Below are positions 45,735 through 55,600 of a stretch of DNA of 64,000 nucleotides, one piece after another (position 1 is the first letter of the stretch; each line of letters starts with the position of its first letter). Origin of the DNA: an uncultured Anaerolineales bacterium (GTDB lineage: Bacteria > Planctomycetota > Phycisphaerae > FEN-1346). The stretch spans positions 80,784 to 144,783 of the forward strand of contig CAYWVR010000001.1 in NCBI GenBank assembly GCA_964461715.1, given 5' to 3'. The position numbers and the translations under genes are program-made. The notes under the pieces were generated by a model. That model had not been told where the DNA came from, searched no databases, and was given only the letters and a program-made list of their open reading frames with translations.

Positions 45735-47055
45735 GACACCCCCGGCATCGGTCTGCGTTGCGGCGCTCGTCGCCCTGGCCTTGGTCCCGGGCTGCGAGCC
45801 CACGGCGGGCGACGCGCCCGTCCTTCTGTTCTCCGGCAACAACGACGGCGTCATTGCCGCCTGCGGGTGCCCGGGGAACCCCTCCGGCGGATTCGCCAAG
45901 CGGCAGGGGCTCATCGAGCAGTATCGACGCTCCCGCCCGAACGTCCTGCTCGTGGATACGGGCAACCTCTTTCCCGAGCGGGCCAACGCCGTGAAGGTCA
46001 AGTACCTGGCCCGGGCGGCTGCGGAGGCCGAGTACGACGTGCTGGCCCTCGGGGTGGGTGAGTTCCTGCTGGGCCTCGAACGGCTCCGCGAGCTTCGCGA
46101 CGCATACGACCTGCCGTTCGTCTGCGCCAACGTCCGCGACGCCTCCGGCGCCCGCGTCGCCGCGCCCCACGTGGTGCGCGAGGTGAAGGGGATCCAGGTG
46201 GGCGTCTTCGCGGTGATCGCGGATTGGGTCTACGGGTTTCCGCGGCTCGAATGGCGCGAAGGTCTGGCGATCGAGGACCCCGTCGTCGCCGCCCGTCGCC
46301 AGGTCGAGGCCCTGGCCGCGTGCGACGTCATCGTCGCGGTCTCGCACCAGCCGATGGCCGACACGCGGCGGCTGGCGGAGGAGGTCGAGGGGATCGATCT
46401 GGTGCTGGTCGGGCACGAGCAGAAGCTCCTCAAGACCCCGCAACGCGTGGGCGGGACGTGGCTCGTCATGGCGAACGAGCTGGGGAACTTCCTGGGGGCG
46501 GTGGTCCTCGCGCCGCCGCCGCAGGTCGAGTCCCCGGTCTACAACGTTACGTTCCTCTCGGCCCGGGTGCCCGGGTCCCGATGGGTCGAGGACCTTTACT
46601 GGGAGTACGTCGAGGAGGCCAAGGAGAAGAAGCCGCCCACCTGGGACACCCCCGTCCCCACCGTCTTCGAGCCTGCCGAGGCCTGCCAGCCCTGCCACAA
46701 AGCCGAGTACGCCCAGTGGAAGACGACGACCCATGCCCACAGTTGGGACGTGATCAAGAAGGCCGGCCGCACCGACGATCCGGAGTGCGTCCTGTGCCAC
46801 ACGATGGGCTTCGGCCGGGAGGGTGGGTTCGTTTCGATGAAGAAGACGCCCGGCCTCGGGCGCGTGACCTGCCAGGGCTGCCACAACACGACGAGCGACC
46901 ACGTGGAGCGGGGCCTGAAGGTCAACGCCCGGCTGGACATCTCCTCGCGTCTGTGCATGTCCTGCCATGGCCCGATCCAGAGCCCGGAGTTCGATTATTA
47001 CGCGTACAAACCTCGGATTCTCCATCATCCGCCGGGGAAGAAGAAAGAGCGATAG
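45727..47055 (+). CDS. UshA-like (5'-nucleotidase-fold) lipoprotein fused to a tetraheme c554-type cytochrome
   Basis: Lipobox LVPGC; ACGCPGNPSGGFAKR; DTGN; four CxxCH motifs (CQPCH, CVLCH, CQGCH, CMSCH). Confidence 0.85.
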   Translation: MSRTPPASVCVAALVALALVPGCEPTAGDAPVLLFSGNNDGVIAACGCPGNPSGGFAKRQGLIEQYRRSRPNVLLVDTGNLFPERANAVKVKYLARAAAEAEYDVLALGVGEFLLGLERLRELRDAYDLPFVCANVRDASGARVAAPHVVREVKGIQVGVFAVIADWVYGFPRLEWREGLAIEDPVVAARRQVEALAACDVIVAVSHQPMADTRRLAEEVEGIDLVLVGHEQKLLKTPQRVGGTWLVMANELGNFLGAVVLAPPPQVESPVYNVTFLSARVPGSRWVEDLYWEYVEEAKEKKPPTWDTPVPTVFEPAEACQPCHKAEYAQWKTTTHAHSWDVIKKAGRTDDPECVLCHTMGFGREGGFVSMKKTPGLGRVTCQGCHNTTSDHVERGLKVNARLDISSRLCMSCHGPIQSPEFDYYAYKPRILHHPPGKKKER

Positions 47056-47250
47056 GGCCCCCGGCCCCCCGTTTTACCGCCCCGCTTGCGGGGCGCTTTC
47101 GCGCCAGAGACGTTCGAGGGCCCCCGAGCACAAAGGGGCGCGGCGGGTCTTCCGGCCCGCCGCAAAAGCGGCGCCCCCGTTCGGACGCGGCGGCGGGGAA
47201 ATGCGCAGGACGATGCCGGGCCAAGCCCGGCGTGGTACGGTGACCGGACC

Positions 47251-49218
47251 ATGTACGGCTACGTCCTTCTGAGCCTGATGATGACGCTCGTGGCGATGGA
47301 CCTCGCCCGCGGGGCCCCCGCGCCCGCGGGCGGGCCGGTGCTCACCGCCATGGCGGCGCTGGCGGTCGTGGTGCTGGTGGCGGGGCTGGCGCTTGGGTCG
47401 TGGATCGCGCGGCACCGGGACCGGGTGCACCTGGAGGAGCAACGGTTCCTGCGCCGGGCGGGCCTGCTGGGCAAGCTCTACCGTCTGCTCGTCGTGGCGG
47501 TCTGGGCGGGGATGCTCTTCGGGCTCGGGTGGCCGGCCCTGGCGGGGGCGTGGGCGCCCCTGGCGTGGGACTCGGTCCGGTTCGGCGTCACGCTCCTGCC
47601 GCTCCCGGGGCTCTGGCTCCTCTCGTGGGTCGCGCTCCACCGGGCGGACCGGCGGCTACGCGAGGTGATGTTCGAGCGGCTCGGAGTCCTCGTCCGCTCG
47701 GCCCAGTGGACCCTCGCGCGCTATGTCGTTTTCCGCCTCCGCCAGTACGTCCTCGTGATCCTCGTGCCGCTCTTTGTGTTCCTGTCGGTGCAGGACGCGG
47801 CGGCGGCGATCTGGGGATGGCCGCACGGCGGGCCGGCGGCGGTGGGTCTGGTGCTCGCGATGGTGGTGGCGGCGGCCTTGCTGGCCGGGGTGTGGCTCCG
47901 GGTCTGCTGGAGCACGGAGGTCATGCCGGGCGGCGACCTGCGTGCGCGCCTGGAGGCCCTGTCCGACCGCAGCCGCGTCCGTGTCGGCGACATCCTTGTC
48001 TGGCGGACGAACGTGACCATCGCCAACGGATGCATGGTCGGGCTCGTGGGCCCGCTTCGCTACATCATGATCACCGACGCCCTGATGCTCAGCCAGCCGA
48101 ACGAGGAGATCGAGGCCGTCTTCGCCCACGAGGTCGCCCACGCTAAGTATCACCACGTCGCTATGTACATGGTGCTGGCGCTCGGCGGCGTGGGGGTGGC
48201 GACGCTGATCCTCGAAGGGGTCACGCTGGCGGCCCATGCCTTCGGCTACGTCCTGACGCAGGAGGCCCTGATCGGCCTGTTGGCCGCTTCGGTCCTCGGC
48301 TACTGGTGGCTCGTCTTCGGCTTCATCTCCCGGCGATGCGAGCTGGAGTGCGACCTCTACGCCGTCCGGGCCACGAGCTGCCCGGTCGGCTGCTCGCCGC
48401 CCGACACGGGGGCGCGGGCCTCGCGCGGATCGCTCGAACCCGACGCTCCCCGGGGCCTTTGCGAGCACCGCGTCGGTGTCTTCACCTCCGCCCTTCGCCG
48501 CATCTCGCGCTTAAACGGCTCTGCCGAGACGAGCCGTGGGTGGCGGCACTTCAGCGTGGCGCGCCGCTGCCGCTTCCTGGAACGGGTCCTGGCCGACCCG
48601 GCCAAGGGCGTCCGTTTCGAGCGGCGGGTCCGCCTCCTGAAGGCCGGGGCGCTCGGGGCGGCCGTAGTCGTTGTGGGCCTGGCGGCGGGGGTGTTCGTGC
48701 TCGCGTGGGCCCTGGCCTCAGGGCCGGATGACCCAGAGCACCCGGCAGGCCCAGAGGACGGCCGACCGGAGGAAGCGACCTACCTCGTGCGCCTCGTGGA
48801 TGGGCACCAGATGGACCGTCTCTCCCTCCGGCCGCCAGAGCTTCACCGTGACGCCGATCCGCCCGCGCAGTCGGACGATCGCCGTCTGCCCCGGCTCCGG
48901 CCCGAGGCGCCGGTCGCAGACGACGACGTCGCCGTCGCGGATGCGGGGGACCATGCTGTCGCCGTCGACGCGCAGGCCGAAAAGGTCCGGCTCGGCCCGC
49001 TCCAGCCACGGCAAGTCCACGAACTCGGCCACCCCCTCGGCCGTCGGCTCGCGGAGCTGGACGAGCATGGCCGGTCGCCTCGGCCGCCCGGGCCAGGACG
49101 TCCGCGGGCGCGAGGCGGTTCGTCTCGTAGTAGTTGTACGTGGAAGGACGGAGGTCCAGCGCCCGGGCCATCGCCGCCCGTCCGCGCGGCCCGAAGACCC
49201 GCTCGCGAAGGGCCCTGA
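47251..49218 (+). CDS. M48 (Ste24/HtpX) membrane zinc metalloprotease with long C-terminal read-through
   Basis: Multiple TM helices, AHEVAH, SRRCELECD; the last about 165 codons are antisense to the XRE-S24 gene. Confidence 0.85.
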   Translation: MYGYVLLSLMMTLVAMDLARGAPAPAGGPVLTAMAALAVVVLVAGLALGSWIARHRDRVHLEEQRFLRRAGLLGKLYRLLVVAVWAGMLFGLGWPALAGAWAPLAWDSVRFGVTLLPLPGLWLLSWVALHRADRRLREVMFERLGVLVRSAQWTLARYVVFRLRQYVLVILVPLFVFLSVQDAAAAIWGWPHGGPAAVGLVLAMVVAAALLAGVWLRVCWSTEVMPGGDLRARLEALSDRSRVRVGDILVWRTNVTIANGCMVGLVGPLRYIMITDALMLSQPNEEIEAVFAHEVAHAKYHHVAMYMVLALGGVGVATLILEGVTLAAHAFGYVLTQEALIGLLAASVLGYWWLVFGFISRRCELECDLYAVRATSCPVGCSPPDTGARASRGSLEPDAPRGLCEHRVGVFTSALRRISRLNGSAETSRGWRHFSVARRCRFLERVLADPAKGVRFERRVRLLKAGALGAAVVVVGLAAGVFVLAWALASGPDDPEHPAGPEDGRPEEATYLVRLVDGHQMDRLSLRPPELHRDADPPAQSDDRRLPRLRPEAPVADDDVAVADAGDHAVAVDAQAEKVRLGPLQPRQVHELGHPLGRRLAELDEHGRSPRPPGPGRPRARGGSSRSSCTWKDGGPAPGPSPPVRAARRPAREGP

Positions 49219-49252
49219 GACGCTTCGGAATCCCCTCGGCGGCTCCCTTCAT
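48718..49252 (-). pseudogene. XRE HTH plus S24 peptidase (LexA/CI-like) repressor, split by a frameshift/deletion
   Basis: HTH RLRALRE...MARALDLRPSTYNYYE from ATG 49252. The S24 domain (VDGDSMVPRI, VTVK) is at 49068-48718 in a frame shifted by one base. Confidence 0.75.
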
Positions 49253-49312
49253 TGCCCGTGCCTCCCCTCCATTGCCCGGAATCGACGCCATCGCGTGCGA
49301 CTCCGCGCCCTT

Positions 49313-49356
49313 CGTTCGCATATGCGCACGATAGCCGGTTCCGGGCGTCGGGGCAA
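49313..49356 (-). promoter_or_regulatory. Promoter and candidate operator of the XRE-S24 gene
   Basis: TTGCCC-17 bp-TATCGT on the minus strand, with an 18-bp palindrome CGTTCGCATATGCGCACG (one mismatch) over the -10/start region. Confidence 0.5.
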
Positions 49357-49500
49357 GCCTTACATGGCGATCTCTCCGGTCCCCTCCCGGCTTTCGCTTC
49401 CGATACGGCGGAACCTTTCGCCGACGGCCTGTTCCGTTCGTATAATGGAATAGGAAGGTGGAGTTTTCCACGAAACGGAGGGGTGTGAGGGCCGTCCAGT

Positions 49501-50205
49501 ATGGTGGACAGAGGCATGGAAGGCGGAGATCGGCCCATGCATGCAGTGGCGGCGGCCGCGCGGTTGGACGCTGAGGCGCTCGGCTCCTTGAGCGAGGCGA
49601 TGGCACGCAAGCGCGCCGACCTGGCCGGGCTTCTTGAGGTTGCCCGAAGCGGCGACGCCGACGCGTTCACGGAGCTCGTCCACCGGTTCGAGCGGAGCAC
49701 GTACCTCTTTGTCCTGCGCATGGTCCGGCGGCCCTCGGTGGCCGAGGACCTCGCCCAGGACGTCTTCATCCGGCTCTGGCGCCACCTCGGCGAGTTCGAC
49801 TCCGCCGAGACGCTCCCCGCCTGGATCCGCCGCGTTGCCGTCAACGCCGTCATCGACCATTGGCGCAAGACCGACGCTCGCCAGCGGAAGCTCCAGGCCT
49901 TCCGGGAGCATCCGGTGGCGCGGCACGCGGTGCGTCCGTCGGCGCGGATGGAGACGCAGGAGGCGATGGACGCGGTGCGGACGGCCATTGACCGTCTGCC
50001 CCCGAAGCTTCGGAGCGTGCTCATGCTGCGGACCGTCGAGGGCCTCGACTACGAGGAGCTCGGTGAAGTCCTGGGCCTATCCGCCGGCGCCGTTCGGAGC
50101 CGGCTCTTCCGCGCCCGGCAGGAAGTGCACGAGACGCTGAAACGCCTCAACGCCGCCGACTACTTGGCCGAGATGTACCGGACCGCCCGGCGGCAGAGCA
50201 ACTGA
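49501..50205 (+). CDS. ECF sigma-70 factor
   Basis: AEDLAQDVFI, WIRRVAVN, EGLDYEEL, GAVRSRLFRAR; TATAAT at 49441-49446. The exact start is uncertain. Confidence 0.93.
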   Translation: MVDRGMEGGDRPMHAVAAAARLDAEALGSLSEAMARKRADLAGLLEVARSGDADAFTELVHRFERSTYLFVLRMVRRPSVAEDLAQDVFIRLWRHLGEFDSAETLPAWIRRVAVNAVIDHWRKTDARQRKLQAFREHPVARHAVRPSARMETQEAMDAVRTAIDRLPPKLRSVLMLRTVEGLDYEELGEVLGLSAGAVRSRLFRARQEVHETLKRLNAADYLAEMYRTARRQSN

Positions 50206-50242
50206 GCAGGGCACCCGGACGGGGCTTGCGCGGGGTAGGGCA

Positions 50243-50935
50243 ATGGGACGCTGCATGGCCAGACGAATCCTCAGCCAGTACCACGACGGCGAGCTCGCGC
50301 CCGTGGCGGCGCGGCGGGCCCGCCGCCACGTCGAAGCCTGCCCCCGCTGCGCCGAGGCCCTCCTGGAGATGGAGACCGTCGACACGGCTGTCCGGGCCGT
50401 CGCCGTCGGGGCCGCTACGACGCCCGACATCGCCCGGGCCGTCACCTCGGACCTGAAAGCCCGCGGGGCGTTCTTCAGCGCGCGGGTCGCCGCCGGCCGC
50501 CGCCGCCTCTTCGGCGGGCGCGTGGCCGTGGCCCGCGCCGCGGCGGCCGTGGTGCTGGCGGCGGTATTGGTGGCGGCGGTGTTCGCGGGGCTGGATCGAC
50601 TGTCGCGGGAGGACTGGGCCCGCCAGACGGCTCCCGTCCTGGCCGACGCCGACCGTGTCCTCGTGCGGCTCGTCTACGTCGACCCGGAGGCCCGGCCCGA
50701 CGCCCTATCCCGGGCGCGGGCCGAGGCGCGTCAGCTCGGCCTGCCGGAGCGCCTGGCCGATGTCGGCAGCAAGGCCGGCCCCGCCCTCGCCCCCGAGTTC
50801 GGGTACCTGACACGCACGTTCGAGGTACTCGCGGGGACGCAGGAGATCCCGGCCGACGTGGCCGAGGGCCTGGCGCGCGGCGACGTGCGGGATCGCGTGG
50901 TCCGTCTGCGCGAGGATCTCGCCGCACGGTTCTGA
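50243..50935 (+). CDS. zf-HC2 (ZAS) anti-sigma factor, single TM
   Basis: YHDGEL...HVEACPRC and a central TM helix. Confidence 0.88.
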   Translation: MGRCMARRILSQYHDGELAPVAARRARRHVEACPRCAEALLEMETVDTAVRAVAVGAATTPDIARAVTSDLKARGAFFSARVAAGRRRLFGGRVAVARAAAAVVLAAVLVAAVFAGLDRLSREDWARQTAPVLADADRVLVRLVYVDPEARPDALSRARAEARQLGLPERLADVGSKAGPALAPEFGYLTRTFEVLAGTQEIPADVAEGLARGDVRDRVVRLREDLAARF

Positions 50936-51077
50936 ATGATCCCACTTCCCCTGGGTGGTGACACGGGACGGTTGCCTGTCCGTGCCATCGTGGCGACTGC
51001 TGAGCGGAGGAAGGGGGTCGACGGGTCGCCCGGCCGCGATATAATGCCGCGGCCCTTTTCGTCGGGAGGTCGAGTGG

Positions 51078-52076
51078 ATGCGGCAGGCGTGGGTGGGTCT
51101 CGTGCTGATCGTCGCGGGGGCCGCCGGATGCACGCCGCACGTCCCCGCCGAACGGGTCACCTTCGCCACGCTTGCGGGCGTCTACTATGACGCCACCGGC
51201 GGGGCCAGCGTCGAGGCCGCCCTCGCCGAGGACGCCGACGTCCTCCTTTCCCGGGCGGTCACCCGCATCAACACGGTCGACGAGCCGGACTTCGTCCTCC
51301 TGGCCGGCGACCTGTTGGCCCGCTCCGACCCCTTGAGCCTCGATCGCCTCAAGGCTCGTCTCGACGACCTTGCCGTTCCGTACTATGTCGTCCTCGGCGA
51401 CCACGACGGCCCCGTCGCGCCCGGCAAGGGCGAGACCGTGAGCCGCAGCACCATCATCTGGGCCTTCCAGGGTCACGGCTTCCAGGGGGCGCGGGAGTAT
51501 TGGGCCGCCGAGGTGCGCCCGGGGCTGCTGCTCGTGGGGCTGGATACGGCGGTGCCGGGTCGGGCGGCGGGGCACGTCGGCGTGCGGCAACTGGCGTGGC
51601 TCGACCGGATGCTCGCGGCCCATCCGGCGAAGGCGGTGATCGTGGCCGCCCATCACGGCTTGGTCCCGCTGCATCCGCTGGACGAGGGCCAGGCGTGGCG
51701 GAACCTCATGGTCGACAACGCGGACGCTGTCCGGGCGGTGCTCCAGCGGCACCCGAACGTGGTGCTCGTGGTGACGGGCCACCACCACTTCGCCGAGGGC
51801 CGCGTCGAGGGACACGTCGTGCACTTGGCGGCGCCGAGCGTGTCGGTCTGGCCGCTGGCCTACGCGCTGGTGCGTCTGGGGCGGACCGAAGCCGAGGCGC
51901 TCTGGGTGCCCCTGGACGAGAGCGACCTGAGGCGCCGGGCCCAGGAGCGGCTCCTGGCGAGCTCGACGCTGCGCGGGCCGTTCCCGGCCGGCGAGGACGG
52001 CGACACGGCATGCGTCCGCCTTTTCGGCGGCAAGAAGCTGGAGAAGTATCGTCTGCCGACCATCCGACCGGACTGA
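51078..52076 (+). CDS. Calcineurin-like metallophosphoesterase lipoprotein (partly degenerate)
   Basis: Lipobox AAGC; AGDL, GDHD, AAHH, GHHH; TATAAT at 51040-51045. Confidence 0.85.
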   Translation: MRQAWVGLVLIVAGAAGCTPHVPAERVTFATLAGVYYDATGGASVEAALAEDADVLLSRAVTRINTVDEPDFVLLAGDLLARSDPLSLDRLKARLDDLAVPYYVVLGDHDGPVAPGKGETVSRSTIIWAFQGHGFQGAREYWAAEVRPGLLLVGLDTAVPGRAAGHVGVRQLAWLDRMLAAHPAKAVIVAAHHGLVPLHPLDEGQAWRNLMVDNADAVRAVLQRHPNVVLVVTGHHHFAEGRVEGHVVHLAAPSVSVWPLAYALVRLGRTEAEALWVPLDESDLRRRAQERLLASSTLRGPFPAGEDGDTACVRLFGGKKLEKYRLPTIRPD

Positions 52077-52085
52077 CCCGCCCGT

Positions 52086-52604
52086 CTACGGCCGCTTCGG
52101 CGACAGGACGCAGACGAACTGGCTGTCCTGGAGCGCCTCGTACTCGTGGTCGAAGAAGCAGTCCCACACGAGGCCCTCGCCCGAGCCCACCTGGTAGTCC
52201 GTGCCGCGCACCTGCACCCGGAGCTTCCCGTCCAGAACGTAGCAGTGCTCGTAATCGTTTCGGTGCATCTCCGAGGCGTTGCCGCGCGCCCCTTTCGGTG
52301 CGGTGACCAGGCAGATGCGCGTGCCGTCGAGGTCGATCCATTGGCACTGGCCCTCGCCGAGGACCTTGCGCTTCTGCTCCTTGGCGCGGATGGGCAGCTT
52401 GCCCTCGGCCAGGGCGAGCAGATGATGGGTCGGCAGATCGAGGGCCCGGGCGATGCGGTCGAGCGTCCGCAGCTCCGGGTTGCCCTGGTTCCGCTCGAGT
52501 TTCGAGAGGGCGACGTAGCTCACGCCGCACTTCTCGCTCAGACCGTTGATGGTCAGCCCGTGCTTCTTCCGCAGGCCCCTCAAGACACTGAAATCGTAGG
52601 TCAT
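52086..52604 (-). CDS. XRE-family HTH plus cupin transcriptional regulator
   Basis: LRGLRKKHGLT...LSKLERNQGNP; H-x3-E-x2-YVLDG...H cupin motif; ATG 52604. Confidence 0.9.
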   Translation of the reverse strand: MTYDFSVLRGLRKKHGLTINGLSEKCGVSYVALSKLERNQGNPELRTLDRIARALDLPTHHLLALAEGKLPIRAKEQKRKVLGEGQCQWIDLDGTRICLVTAPKGARGNASEMHRNDYEHCYVLDGKLRVQVRGTDYQVGSGEGLVWDCFFDHEYEALQDSQFVCVLSPKRP

Positions 52605-52629
52605 CGTGTTCCCCCCTTCGCCGGGTGAA

Positions 52630-55600
52630 TCAGGGTTCCTGGATCTTGTCACCGCAGACTTTCTGGAACCGGCACCGGTCGCAGGCCTGACGGGGGCCGG
52701 GCTCGAACCGCCCGGCCGCCATGCCCCGGAGCGCCTCACGCGCCTCGGATTCCACCGCCTTCAGGTCCTCGGTGGCAAGGCTATGCCTGTGCGTGACGGC
52801 CGAATCGAGGAAGTAGACGGACCACGCCGCCGGCGGCCGCCCGAGCCATCGCGCCAGCGCCAGGGCATAGAGTCCCAGTTGCAGGCGGTAGCGCTCCGCC
52901 CCCTCGGCTGCGTCCTCCTCCGTGCTCGGCCGGCCGCTCTTGTGGTCGACCAGCTCCCACCGTCCGTCGGCGTCCTCGAACACCAGGTCCACGGTGCCCG
53001 CCACGCGGGTCGCGTCGAGGGCCAGAAGGACGGGCATCTCGCGCTCGGTGCGTCGGGCGGCCGCGACGCGGCGGCCGAGGTCGCTCGCGCGGAAGGCGGC
53101 CAGGGCCTCCTCGGCGGCGCGGCGACGGGCGTCTTCGACCGTCGGCGGCGCCGGCGGCGCTTCGCGAAGCGCGCCGGTCACGGCCGCCTCGACCGCCTCC
53201 TCCGATGGGCCTGCCAGCTCGAGGGCCCGGTGCAAGAGCTTCCCGCGCCCGGCGGGCGTCAAGCCCGTCGCGGGGTCGGGCCGCGGTTCGGCGGGCGTAT
53301 CGACGCCGAGGACCCGCGTCCAGAGGTAGCGGCGCGGGCAGGCCGCGTAGGTGTTGAGGTCGGTGGCGGTGACCCGGGCGGGGGGGAACGCGAGGCGAGG
53401 CAGCGGGGCGATACGGGCGAGGGTTTCCTCGATCCGTCCGGCCGGGGCCGACTCGCGCCGGGCCCGAAGCGCCGACCAGACGACCCGACCCCCCTCGAAT
53501 ATGCCGCGCGGGCCGACCCGCCGCGCATCGCGGCGGACGGTCTCTTGGACGGGTCCGCAGGCGACCATCTTGACGTTCCCCCCGGTCGGCGTCTCGGCGT
53601 CGGCTTCGTCTCGGCCCGCGCCAAAGGCCGCCAACACCTGCTCGAGCCACGTTGCTGCGCGAGACCGATTGTATATCCTGGCGCCGGCCAGTATCAAATA
53701 ATCTTTTGCGCGGGTGGTGGCGACATAGAGGAGGCGCAGCGACTCGGCCCGGGCGGCGCGGGCGTCGGCCGCCCGCGCCAGCGCCAGTGCGCACGACGGG
53801 GCCGCGTCGCTCTCCTCGTCGCGAAGCCGCACGGCCAGGCCCGTGATGGGATGCAGGAGCACCGGGTCGCGCGGCGGCTGGAGCGACCGGGCCAGGTCCG
53901 GCACGACGACGATCGGGAACTCCAGACCCTTGGCCTTGTGGATGGTCATCAGGCGGACGGTGTCGCCGCCGGGGTCCTCGACGGAGGCCTGCTCCTGGCG
54001 CATCTCGCTGCGGAGGAAATCCGTAACGTAGTGGATGTAGTCGCAGAGGGCATAGAGGCCCTCGCCCTCGAAGCGGCGCGCCAGCTCGACCATCTGCCGC
54101 AGGTTCGCGTAGGCCCGGGCCCCGCCGAAACGGCCCACCGCGCCGGCCGCATAGCCGGAGTCGAACGTGACCCGGTCCACGAGGTCCGCGAGGGAGAGGC
54201 GGTCCTTGAGCGCCGACCACTCCGCCAGGCGCGCCGCGGCACGCTCCGCGCCCCGGAGGTCCTCCTCTTCGAGGCCCTTGATCTCGGCGGCCCGCTCCAG
54301 GGCGCGGGCGAGGTCGGGTCCCGCGCGGCCGAGGCGCCAGAGTCCCTCGTCGCTGACGGCGAAGAAGGGCGAGCGCAAGAGGCCCGCGAGGTTCAGGTGG
54401 TCGTCGGGATCGTCGATCACCCGTAGGGCGGCGAGGACGTCCAGGACCTCCTGCTGCTTGTAGAACCCGCCGCCCGAGACCACCGTGTAGGGCACGCCTT
54501 GCCGCTCCAGGGCCTCCTCGTACAGGTGAAGGAAGCTCATGCGGCGAAAGAGAATGGCGACGTCGCCCCACCGGGCCGGTCGTGCGGTCTCCGTGTTGGA
54601 ATCCCGGACCTGCACGTCGCCGTCGGAGACGGCGGCCTGGATGCGTGCGGCGAGGGCCCGGGCCTCCTCCAGGTGCCCCTCCTCGCTGCGGAACCAGCCC
54701 TCGTCGTCCTCGGGGTTGGTGATGACGAGGCACTCGGCGGGCGGGTCGTTCACCGGGGGTTGCAGCCCCTCGATCGGCTCGTACGCCTCGCCCATGAGCG
54801 GTGAGAAGAGGTCGTTGACGAGGTCCGCCAGACCCGCGCTCAGCCGCCAGCTCTCCACCAGCGGTTTCCTGCCGTCCGGGCCGACTCGGTCGCGGGCCTC
54901 GTCGAAGACCTCGACCTCCGCCCCGCGGAATCGGTAGATGGACTGCTTGGGGTCGCCGACGCCGAAGAACGCGCCGTTGCGCATCGCCCCCCCGCGTCCG
55001 CCCTTCGAGGCAAGCCGCTCGACGATCTCGAACTGGAGCGCGTTCGTGTCCTGCAGCTCGTCGACGAGGATCGCCCGGAAGCGGGCGCGGCAGGCGTCGA
55101 GGACCCGCCGGTCGCGGCGCAAGAGGTCGCGGGCGAGCACCTGGAGATCCTCGAAGTCAAGGACGCTGCGGCGGCGTTTCTCGACGTCGTAGCGCTCGAT
55201 GGCGACGCGAGCCGTGTGGTCGAGGGCCCGGGCGACGGCCAGATGGGCCCGTTCCGCCGCCTCGTCGAAGGGGGGGAACCGCGCGCGCACCTTGCGGAAC
55301 GTGTCGCGGAGGGTGCCGACCGCGTCCTTGGCTTCCTTCAGGGCCTCCTTGGAAGGCCACTTCTTCGCGCTGCCGCCCCGAAGATTCGCGCCGCAGATCG
55401 TCTCGACGGCCTCGGCGGCGATCTCCGGGGTCCGGGCCGTGCGCAGACGCCGGAGGGCGTCGTCGACGGCGGCCCGGGTCTCCTCCATTCGGTCGCCGAC
55501 TTCGCCCGAGAGGGAGGCGACGGTGCGCGCGGCGTCGGCGACGGCCGCGCTGTCGAGGGCCTCGTCGGTCGCACGGCGGATCTCCTCGCCGACTTCCGCC

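Noticed and set aside
45862-45870. Possible selenocysteine in the UshA-like motif
   Set aside because: Both codons are TGC (Cys); there is no in-frame TGA.
42060-46130. 1356-aa minus-strand ORF; similarly 27033..29576, 31289..34552, 57519..59639 and 59651..62692
   Set aside because: Each lies opposite genes with clear family motifs and is a GC-rich shadow frame.
48718-49252. Prophage repressor marking a prophage
   Set aside because: No integrase, replication or structural phage genes nearby.
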